From Candidatus Ryanbacteria bacterium RIFCSPLOWO2_12_FULL_44_26 (GTDB taxonomy: Bacteria > Patescibacteriota > Minisyncoccia > Ryanbacterales > HO2-45-13), in assembly GCA_001821765.1 (NCBI GenBank), contig MHOA01000006.1, forward strand, positions 4,389-68,388: 64,000 nt of DNA, given 5' to 3'. A program made the position numbers and the translations under genes. Below, piece by piece: positions 20,615-28,156 of the stretch (positions are counted from its first letter, which is position 1; every line of letters starts with the position of its first letter). A model generated the notes under the pieces. It was given only the letters and a program-made list of their open reading frames with translations, was not told the DNA's origin and made no database searches.

Positions 20615-21688
20615 ATGACCGCAAGACTAACAATAAAAACCGTGCCACTTCTGTTTATGCTGTTCGTGTTTTCTGTTGCGCCCTCTACGACAAGCTCCCA
20701 GCCTCTGCCCGAAGCGGGCGGCACGGAAGACGGTGTCAGCGACGCCGTTTCTGATTTTCTAAAAAAACAAGAAAGCCGCTACCGCGCTTTCACGATATCC
20801 ATTCTTATAAAGCCGCAAACACCCGGACCGGGGGGGGTGGTTCGGGCAGTTGCGCAAGGTTTTGGTCGCAACCTCTCGGAAGAAATCATTGTGTGGTACA
20901 AAAACGGGAAGGAAGTGTTCCGCGGACGAGGAGAAACAACGTATGATCTTACAGCCGGCGCGCTAGGATCGGAAACCACAATCACCGCGTCTGTCATATT
21001 TCCCGACGGCGTAGTGAGGTCTGCAACCGAAACGGTTCGTCCGTCAGTGGTGCACCTTATATGGGAAGCAAAAACGCAAGTCCCGCCATGGTATAAAGGA
21101 AAGGCCGTCCCGTCTCCCGGGTCAAATATTGTTGTGGAGGCGATCCCCAAACTCTTTTTCAACGGTTCACCGCTTGATCCCGATAACTTAAACTACACAT
21201 GGAAAATAAATAATCAAACTCAGATACATGCATCAGGCAAAGGCAAACACGCAATACGGTTTCGTGCGGATAACATTGTTGGAGCGGTAAAAAACATTTC
21301 CCTCACCGTCTCAAGCGCAACGGGTGTGGTCAGCGCCAACGGCTCTATTTCCATTCCGGTCTACCGTCCCAAGGTGCTCCTATACAAAGAAGAGCCCCTC
21401 ATTGGAGCAAAAAATGAAAATGCTCTTAACACAATAACAGTGGTTTCGGGCGAAGACGCCTTGCTTCGCGCAGAACCGTTTTTCTTTAACAAAGGCGCCG
21501 CCAACAACCTTGAATACACATGGCGAGTGAACAATGATATTGTGACGGGATCCCAACGAAGCTCGCCGGTGCTGACATTAAAAACGGAATCCGGCGTGAG
21601 CGGAGAACAAGGCATTAATGTTTCCGTGAAGAACCCGGAAAATACTTTTCAAACAACAAACACATTAATTAACGCCTATGTGGAATAA
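20615..21688 (+). CDS. Secreted protein with three tandem ~100-aa repeats (beta-sandwich-like)
   Basis: 357 aa. Signal peptide (LLFMLFVFSVAPSTTSS). The repeat motif recurs three times (IVWYKNGKEV..., NYTWKINNQ..., EYTWRVNND...). Confidence 0.5.
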   Translation: MTARLTIKTVPLLFMLFVFSVAPSTTSSQPLPEAGGTEDGVSDAVSDFLKKQESRYRAFTISILIKPQTPGPGGVVRAVAQGFGRNLSEEIIVWYKNGKEVFRGRGETTYDLTAGALGSETTITASVIFPDGVVRSATETVRPSVVHLIWEAKTQVPPWYKGKAVPSPGSNIVVEAIPKLFFNGSPLDPDNLNYTWKINNQTQIHASGKGKHAIRFRADNIVGAVKNISLTVSSATGVVSANGSISIPVYRPKVLLYKEEPLIGAKNENALNTITVVSGEDALLRAEPFFFNKGAANNLEYTWRVNNDIVTGSQRSSPVLTLKTESGVSGEQGINVSVKNPENTFQTTNTLINAYVE

Positions 21689-22100
21689 TTGGAAAAGGCT
21701 TGTTTGGCTGTTTGCTCTCACTGCTCTATTTCTACTCGGCGCGGTCGGGGTTTCTTTGGCACAAACGTATCGGCTTAGTGCGCCGCTCCCCGGGGGCTCA
21801 ACAGAGGTCGGGACCTTCGCCGACTACACAAACAGCTTGTTTCCGTTTATGCTATCGCTCGCCGCCGGCCTTGCGTTTATCATGCTTATCATCGGCGGGT
21901 TGCAGTATATAGCGGCCGCCGGAAACCCCTCGCGCATCAGCGAAGCAAAAAGCCGCATCATCCACGCGGTCTTGGGCTTGTTGCTTGCCGCTCTTTCCGT
22001 TGTCATACTAAGAGCAATTAATCCGGATCTGGTAAACCTCAAGATAGATGTCGAGCCGGTAGGAAGATTTGAGGACCAAGGAGGCGGAGGGGGAATGTAA
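21678..22100 (+). CDS. VirB2/TrbC-like pilin candidate
   Basis: 140 aa. Signal peptide plus two hydrophobic helices separated by a short loop (LFPFMLSLAAGLAFIMLIIGGLQYIAAAGNP...IIHAVLGLLLAALSVVIL), and a Gly-rich C-terminus. This is the T4SS pilin architecture. Assignment is by architecture only. Confidence 0.5.
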   Translation: MWNNWKRLVWLFALTALFLLGAVGVSLAQTYRLSAPLPGGSTEVGTFADYTNSLFPFMLSLAAGLAFIMLIIGGLQYIAAAGNPSRISEAKSRIIHAVLGLLLAALSVVILRAINPDLVNLKIDVEPVGRFEDQGGGGGM

Positions 22101-22106
22101 TTAGCT

Positions 22107-23285
22107 TTGCTTTCTATGTCAAGAAAAAAGAAAATTATTATCATAGCGTCAATGGGGGCGGTCTTGCTGATTATTGCCCTTGCGGCGCTTTTGCTTTTGG
22201 GAAGAGAAAACAAAGACGGGTTCCTCGACAACCTGTTTAGCGGGGGGTTTTCGCTCCCGGGCGGCAAAGACATAGATTTGGAGGACGATGACGGCGCGGT
22301 AACTGGTGGCGCAGAGAGCCGGTCGGCGCTCTTCATGGTTTCCGACGGTCCCGTTGCGGCGGCAACCATAAGCGGGGACGGAGACGGGGTGCTTTTCTAT
22401 CGAAGTGACGTCGGGCATCTCTATAAGACGGCTCTCACGGGAGGGGCAGCGGAACGGGTTTCAAATCTTACCATTCCTTCAACAATAAATGCCGAATGGT
22501 CTACAGAAAAAGAAACGGCAATGGTTACATTTATAGAAGAAAATAGAGCGCTTAGGTATTTTGTGCTTCACTATGTCGGAACAACCACGGAAGGAGTCGT
22601 CCTCCCCAAAGAAACGTATGCGGCAACGCTGTCACCAAACGGCGAGAACATCGCGTACGCTGTCGCGGTTGGCGACGGCGCCTCGGTGGTAATCGCCAGC
22701 TCTTCAGGAAAAGAACAAAAAAACGTCCTTTTCAGCGAGTTGGCAGATATTGAGCTTTCTTGGATAACTGACGATCTTCTTTTCCTAAAGACGAGGTCTT
22801 CGGCTTTTGCTCCAAGCATACTTTGGTCTCTCTCCGTTTCCGGAAAGACACAAACCCTTCTTACGCCTAAAGAAGGGTTGGGTGTTCTTTTCTCGCCGGA
22901 TGGTGGCCGGTTTCTCTACTCCGAAACGCTCCGCGGCGGCAGAGATTTGGCGTTGTATGTTGCCAATAACAACGATGAGTATTTAAAGCTTCCCGCAACC
23001 ACATTAAGTGAAAAATGTGTTTGGTCAAACAAACAAACCGGTGTTGTGTTTTGTGCGGTCCCGCAAAAACTTTCGGGTTTGCCGCTTCCCGATTCGTGGT
23101 GGAGCGGTGAGGTGTCGTTCATAGACGACTTATGGAGAATTGACACGGAAACCGGCGAGGCAACAATGGTTTGGGATCAAAACGACTTCGACATGGTAAA
23201 AATGTTCCTGTCCCCAGAAGAAGACTATCTTTTCTTTGTGAATAAAAAAGATTCTACGTTGTGGGCAGTTCGGTTGGCTTCTTAG
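22107..23285 (+). CDS. TolB-like WD40/beta-propeller repeat protein, N-terminally anchored
   Basis: 392 aa. N-terminal TM, then repeated LSPNGENIAYAV / FSPDGGRFLYSE-type TolB propeller blades. Confidence 0.55.
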   Translation: MLSMSRKKKIIIIASMGAVLLIIALAALLLLGRENKDGFLDNLFSGGFSLPGGKDIDLEDDDGAVTGGAESRSALFMVSDGPVAAATISGDGDGVLFYRSDVGHLYKTALTGGAAERVSNLTIPSTINAEWSTEKETAMVTFIEENRALRYFVLHYVGTTTEGVVLPKETYAATLSPNGENIAYAVAVGDGASVVIASSSGKEQKNVLFSELADIELSWITDDLLFLKTRSSAFAPSILWSLSVSGKTQTLLTPKEGLGVLFSPDGGRFLYSETLRGGRDLALYVANNNDEYLKLPATTLSEKCVWSNKQTGVVFCAVPQKLSGLPLPDSWWSGEVSFIDDLWRIDTETGEATMVWDQNDFDMVKMFLSPEEDYLFFVNKKDSTLWAVRLAS

Positions 23286-23364
23286 TTGGCGTTGCTTGTT
23301 TGTTTGTCGGCAGAACCATTCACGCGCCATTGTTTCGGAAACCAACGACGCCGGTCAAACCACA

Positions 23365-23859
23365 CTAGGGATATGGTTTGATGACAACTTTTCTTTCCGG
23401 GCCGGTTCCTGTTGATTCGGTTGTGATATCCGGATACTCCTGTAGTGTTAAATGCACAAGCCGTCTCTCAAATGCCGTCATCGGGTCAAGCATAACCTCT
23501 TTTTTAAAATATCTGACTCGCTGGGCTCCCATGCGCGCTTGGTCGCGCAACTCTTCAAAGCGCCTCCGTTGGTAATCGTTTACATCAACAATAAAATGCG
23601 GCGCCTCCGGAAGCTGTCTTTCCACAATTTTTTTTAATAAGTAGTTAAATGCGAACAAATGTTGTCCTTCATCCCCGATCAACAGCCCCGCTTCCGGCGT
23701 TCTAACGGTAAGGGTAACAGTATCTCCAATAAGACCTTCTTCAACTGTTGCGTCGATTTGCATTTTTTTAAGCAGCTGTGTTATACACTCGGCAATTGTT
23801 GCGGTGTGATTTTGTGCTCTGTCATTCATATCCGAGAGCGCTTGCGCGACGACGCACAA
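23365..23859 (-). CDS. jag: Jag-family RNA-binding protein (KH + R3H domains)
   Basis: LIGDEGQHLFAFNYLL (KH-like) and a C-terminal R3H-like segment. Immediately downstream of yidC, the conserved yidC-jag arrangement. True start probably the internal MNDRAQ. Confidence 0.8.
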   Translation of the reverse strand: MCVVAQALSDMNDRAQNHTATIAECITQLLKKMQIDATVEEGLIGDTVTLTVRTPEAGLLIGDEGQHLFAFNYLLKKIVERQLPEAPHFIVDVNDYQRRRFEELRDQARMGAQRVRYFKKEVMLDPMTAFERRLVHLTLQEYPDITTESTGTGPERKVVIKPYP

Positions 23860-24565
23860 CGCTCTCGTGCACTATAGCAAAAATATTCATCACTGTCCAA
23901 TAAAGCGTCAGTGCTGCTGAAAATCTAATGCCAATGAAAAATATTATAAAAGGAAACACATACTGCATCTGTGTTCGCATGGCATGTTGGAAGTCTTTTC
24001 CGAATGACTCTTTCTTTTCGCTTTTATCTATTTGTTTGTTTTTTTCTTCGGCTGGGTAAGCCAACTTTATCTGAAAGTACTGTGACAAGCCCGCCAGCGC
24101 CGCCAAGACAACGCTGCTTTTTACAAGATCGATGCCGAGAAAAATGGAATTGACCCCGTCAGGGACGGACACAAAAGAGTATAACACAGCCGAGATGTCG
24201 CCCTGCAGCCCTCCTTCAAAAATTCTAAGGAGCGCTATGAGAACCGGGAGCTGAATTAAAAGCATAAATATTCCGGAGAACGGGCTTACGCCGTGTTTCT
24301 TATACAACCCCATTGTTGCACGCGCCTGTTCTTCTTTTTTGTTTTTATATCGCTCTTTTATCTTTTGCAGTTCTGGTTCCAGTTTTTTCATTGCTGTCTG
24401 TGTTTTTGCCATTTTGTGCTGAAACGGAAACAAAACGAGCCGAACAAGAATCGTTACCATAATAATTGCCAATCCCAAACTATGGCTCGGTGAAATGTTT
24501 GTGAAAAACACAAGGGCATTAAAAAGGGGTTTATAAAAAAATTCAGTGTAAACAAATGTAAACAT
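23822..24565 (-). CDS. yidC: Membrane protein insertase YidC/Oxa1 (short form)
   Basis: 247 aa. Multi-TM with the conserved core of short YidC (LFNALVFF..., PFQHKMAKTQTAMKKLEPELQKIKERYKNKKEEQARATMGLYKKHGVSPFSG). Confidence 0.85.
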   Translation of the reverse strand: MFTFVYTEFFYKPLFNALVFFTNISPSHSLGLAIIMVTILVRLVLFPFQHKMAKTQTAMKKLEPELQKIKERYKNKKEEQARATMGLYKKHGVSPFSGIFMLLIQLPVLIALLRIFEGGLQGDISAVLYSFVSVPDGVNSIFLGIDLVKSSVVLAALAGLSQYFQIKLAYPAEEKNKQIDKSEKKESFGKDFQHAMRTQMQYVFPFIIFFIGIRFSAALTLYWTVMNIFAIVHESVVRRRASALGYE

Positions 24566-24566
24566 G

Positions 24567-24935
24567 TTATGGTAAGAGTTGTAATTTTCTTATAAGAAAA
24601 ATGACGTCTTTTTTTATTTGAGCAAATGACGCGCCATTAGACAGAGGGAGCGCGCGTATAACAACATCATAACCGGGCCCCATAAAAGGAACAACAAAAA
24701 GTCTCAACACTTCCCGCGTCTTGCGTTTAACGGCGTTTCTCTCAATGGTTTTTCTCGAAACCGTTTTTGACACCACAACGCCGATTTGAGGTTCCCCAGC
24801 CCTTTTAGTTGGGAGCGCTTGCGCAACAAAAAAGAACGTTTGAGCTTTTCTGCCTTTTTTCAGAACAAGTTTATATTGTTTTGGGTTTTTTAGACGACTC
24901 GCGGCCGGGAGCATTGAGTTTCGCCTAAACCACAA
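24567..24935 (-). CDS. rnpA: Ribonuclease P protein component
   Basis: [12 protein letters not shown]...[21 protein letters not shown]...[14 protein letters not shown] is typical of RnpA. TTG start in the track; a shorter form from MLPAAS is likely. Overlaps the rpmH stop. Confidence 0.85.
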   Translation of the reverse strand: MWFRRNSMLPAASRLKNPKQYKLVLKKGRKAQTFFFVAQALPTKRAGEPQIGVVVSKTVSRKTIERNAVKRKTREVLRLFVVPFMGPGYDVVIRALPLSNGASFAQIKKDVIFLIRKLQLLP

Positions 24936-25059
24936 GTCTTTTTCTTCCTTTTCTCCTTCTTCTGGAAAGAATCCGCCTGCCTGTTTTGCTTCTTTTTCTT
25001 ATACGGAACCCGTGAGTTCTTTTGCGTTTTCTAGTTTTTGGTTGATATGTGATAGACAT
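24925..25059 (-). CDS. rpmH: 50S ribosomal protein L34
   Basis: Not in the ORF track (44 aa). Hand translation of the minus strand gives [44 protein letters not shown], a clear L34 sequence directly upstream of rnpA. Confidence 0.85.
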   Translation of the reverse strand: MSITYQPKTRKRKRTHGFRIRKRSKTGRRILSRRRRKGRKRLVV

Positions 25060-25214
25060 AATGTGCGACTCTATTATACACATTTAATCAACAATTTGTA
25101 AACAATCAGACCATAAATGTTTGATTTCCGCAATATTGAAAACTTCATGTAGAATATACTAATAATATTAATATGCACAACAACATTCCATATGTTTTTT
25201 GTACTTGAGTTATT
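25060..25214. promoter_or_regulatory. Candidate oriC segment / divergent promoter region between rpmH and dnaA
   Basis: AT-rich 155 bp. Contains DnaA-box-like TTATACACA (25074-25082) and a 1-mismatch box ATATGCACA (25181-25189). It has the classic rpmH|dnaA position. Confidence 0.4.
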
Positions 25215-26576
25215 ATGAACCACAAAGATCTCTGGAAACAAGTATTAAACCAGATAGAGCTGGATACATCCAAGGCAAACTTTGCAACGTGGTTTCAGAA
25301 CACAAACCTGGAAAGCATTGACGACGGGAGAGCTGTTGTCTCGGTGCCAAACGCCTTTGCCAAAGAGTGGTTGGAAAAGAAATACCACAAATCAATCGTG
25401 AGGGCGCTGCGCGGTCAAGCAAATTCCATCCGGTCTGTTGGGTATTTAATTTCTTCACAAAAAGACTTTGAAAAACAACACGTCAAACCGAACAGCAAGG
25501 CCGCTTTAAACGAGGAACAACTGGAGTTTAAGGAATTCTCGGTAGATCGGGAGACAAATCTCAACCCCAAGTACACATTCGACACATTCATCGTCGGCTC
25601 GTTTAACGAGCTGGCCCATGCCGCAGCCCTATCAATAACAAAAAACCTTGGTGCGTTGTATAACCCGTATTTCATTTACGGCGGCGTCGGGTTGGGGAAA
25701 ACACACCTTCTACAGGCAATCGGCAACGAGGTAAAAAAAAGAAACCCAATCTTAAAAATCTTATATCTGACGTCTGAGAAGTTTATGAACGAGCTTATTT
25801 CGCTTATTCAAAACAGAGAGCCACTCAATTCATTTAAAGAAAAATACCGGAACGTCGATCTACTTATTATAGACGACGTTCAATTTATAGCCGGTAAAGC
25901 TAAAACGGAGGAAGAATTCTTTCACACTTTTAATGTGTTATACGAAAACGGAAAACAGATTGTGTTTTCGTCCGATCGTCCGCCGCAAGCGATCCCAAAC
26001 CTGGAAGAGCGGCTTCGTTCAAGATTTGAGGCTGGGCTTATTGCCGATATTGGTGAACCAGAATATGAAGCGCGTCTCGCAATACTAAAGTCAAAGATTT
26101 CCGGGAGTGCGCGTCCATTATCTGATGAGGTGTTAGAATACATCGCTTCTGTAATACAAAAAAACATCAGAGAGCTTGAGGGGGCGCTTAATTTATTAAA
26201 TGCAAAAGAAAAGGTTAAAGAGGCGCCTCTAACGCTCGATGAAGTAAAAAATACCCTCAATCAACTCAGCGCGCGCTCTCAACGGGTTGTTTCTACTCAA
26301 CAGATACTAAAAGTGGTTTCGGTGTTTTATAATATTGACGAAAGAGACCTGCTGGCGCGAAGCAGGAAGCGTGAGATTGTAAAGCCGAGACAGGTGGCCA
26401 TGTACCTTATTCGTGAAGACTTTAACGGATCTTACCCATATATAGGACAAAAACTTGGCGGCAGAGACCACACAACCGCACTGCATGGTTATGATAAAAT
26501 TTCTAAGGCGCTAAAAAAAGACGCAAAACTTGTGGAAGAGTTGAGGTTAATCCGTGAAAAATTGTACAAATCATAA
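25215..26576 (+). CDS. dnaA: Chromosomal replication initiator protein DnaA
   Basis: 453 aa. AAA+ Walker A GGVGLGKTHLLQAIGNE, Walker B LLIIDDVQF, and the C-terminal DNA-binding domain (VAMYLIREDFNGSYPYIGQKLGGRDHTT). Confidence 0.95.
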   Translation: MNHKDLWKQVLNQIELDTSKANFATWFQNTNLESIDDGRAVVSVPNAFAKEWLEKKYHKSIVRALRGQANSIRSVGYLISSQKDFEKQHVKPNSKAALNEEQLEFKEFSVDRETNLNPKYTFDTFIVGSFNELAHAAALSITKNLGALYNPYFIYGGVGLGKTHLLQAIGNEVKKRNPILKILYLTSEKFMNELISLIQNREPLNSFKEKYRNVDLLIIDDVQFIAGKAKTEEEFFHTFNVLYENGKQIVFSSDRPPQAIPNLEERLRSRFEAGLIADIGEPEYEARLAILKSKISGSARPLSDEVLEYIASVIQKNIRELEGALNLLNAKEKVKEAPLTLDEVKNTLNQLSARSQRVVSTQQILKVVSVFYNIDERDLLARSRKREIVKPRQVAMYLIREDFNGSYPYIGQKLGGRDHTTALHGYDKISKALKKDAKLVEELRLIREKLYKS

Positions 26577-26751
26577 ACCCAGACATCCTAATTGCTCCGC
26601 TTATAAAACACACATACACAGGTTATACAATAAAAGTTAGATTTTGTTTGATTAATAAAGCTGTTGTGTGTCTCTTTTTTTGGTATTGTTCACATATACC
26701 TCCCTACAGTAATAACAACTGTTTATATATATAGATTTTATTATTATCTCC

Positions 26752-27861
26752 ATGCAGTTTGAGTGTCTTGTTGAAAACATTAAAAACGCTGTAAATATTG
26801 TTGAAAAAATCACCGGTAAAAATACAACAATACCCATTCTTAATTCTTTTTACATAGAGAGTTTAAGTAAAAACATCAATATCTCAACGACAAACCTAGA
26901 ACTAGGAATTCAAACTCCAATAAACGGTATCGTGAAAAAAACAGGAGTGGTTGTTGTTCCTTCAAAGGTGTTTAGTTCTTTTATTTCCTCGCTTCCAATC
27001 AGAGAGAGAGTAATAGTCACTTCGGAAGGTAATAATATTGTTTTGGAAACAGAAAAACACCGAACAGTTATCAAAGGGTTTGACGTTGATGAATTTCCTC
27101 CGTTCCCTGTTATAGAAGAAATTTACAATATTCAAATAACAAAAACACATTTACTGGATGCCTTGAGACGGAGCATAATTGCTGCTTCTTATTTTAATAC
27201 CAAACAGGAGCTTTCAAGTGTTTTTATTTCACGAAATAACGAGTTAACGTTTGCTTCCACGGATAGTTTTCGGCTGGCGGAAGAAAGAATAGAGAAAAAA
27301 TACTTTGAGGCATCAAAAAACAATTTTTCCTTTCTCGTTCCGGTTCGAACAATAGATGAACTGGTGCGCCTGCTTGAGTTGGATAAAAGCGGCGTTGTTG
27401 CATTCAACGTGTCAGGCAACGGTATTGTTGTGTCAACAGAGTTGTTTACACTCTTTTCGCGATTGATCGAAGGAAAATTTCCTGAATATAAAGATATTGT
27501 TCCCGTTAGATTTAAAACAACGGCAGTTGCAAAAAAACACGACCTCGCAGATCATATTAAACAAGCCCGTGTTTTTTCTGGAAAACTCAACGAACTTAAA
27601 TTAACAGTGGACCCGGAGGGTTTGATATGTTTTACAGCACAAGACAACAACATTGGCGAACATCAATCAAACATAAAAGCCAAAGTAACTGGAGAGAAGA
27701 CAATTCTCTCTGTTAATTGGAAATACCTTTTAGATGGGGTGTCTGGTTTTAAGGAAGGGGAAATTTATATGGGTTTTAACGATCCTTTGGATCCGATTCT
27801 TTTAAAGCCAAACACACAAGGATCTTTTTTTCACATTATTATGCCCATGAGAGGAGTGTGA
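26752..27861 (+). CDS. dnaN: DNA polymerase III beta sliding clamp
   Basis: 369 aa in the conserved position after dnaA. Three-domain clamp length and motifs (STDSFRLAE). Confidence 0.9.
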   Translation: MQFECLVENIKNAVNIVEKITGKNTTIPILNSFYIESLSKNINISTTNLELGIQTPINGIVKKTGVVVVPSKVFSSFISSLPIRERVIVTSEGNNIVLETEKHRTVIKGFDVDEFPPFPVIEEIYNIQITKTHLLDALRRSIIAASYFNTKQELSSVFISRNNELTFASTDSFRLAEERIEKKYFEASKNNFSFLVPVRTIDELVRLLELDKSGVVAFNVSGNGIVVSTELFTLFSRLIEGKFPEYKDIVPVRFKTTAVAKKHDLADHIKQARVFSGKLNELKLTVDPEGLICFTAQDNNIGEHQSNIKAKVTGEKTILSVNWKYLLDGVSGFKEGEIYMGFNDPLDPILLKPNTQGSFFHIIMPMRGV

Positions 27862-27862
27862 C

Positions 27863-28156
27863 ATGGCCCTTTTAAAACTTTCAAACCTTCTCAATAAAAG
27901 AGCGAAACAACTCTTGTGTAAAGAGGTTCGTGACAGCAAAGACATAGCCGAAATTGTACAACTTTTTTTAAACGAAAGAAGCGTAAAAACAGACATTTCC
28001 ATAAAAAACATCAAATACACCGGAAACACTTTAACCTTAACGCTTGGTTCCAGTGTGTTAAAGTATCAACTCTACGCACTCGAGGAAGAATTGTTAGATC
28101 GTCTTAACAAAACATTTCCTTTCCGGGAACCATTTTCTAAAATTCGATTTCGATAG
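27863..28156 (+). CDS. DUF721 / DciA-like small protein downstream of dnaN
   Basis: 97 aa. C-terminal NTLTLTLGSSVLKYQLYALEEELLDRLNK resembles the DUF721 pattern (L.V.v.ss.w.qeL...ll.kLN), in the conserved dnaN-adjacent position. Confidence 0.5.
   Translation: MALLKLSNLLNKRAKQLLCKEVRDSKDIAEIVQLFLNERSVKTDISIKNIKYTGNTLTLTLGSSVLKYQLYALEEELLDRLNKTFPFREPFSKIRFR

Noticed and set aside
26577-26751. Additional DnaA boxes in the dnaA-dnaN spacer (TTGTTCACA, TTATACAAT)
   Set aside because: Each has 1-2 mismatches to TTATNCACA, including a G at the third position where only A/T is tolerated. Kept only as a possible AT-rich DUE, not as boxes.
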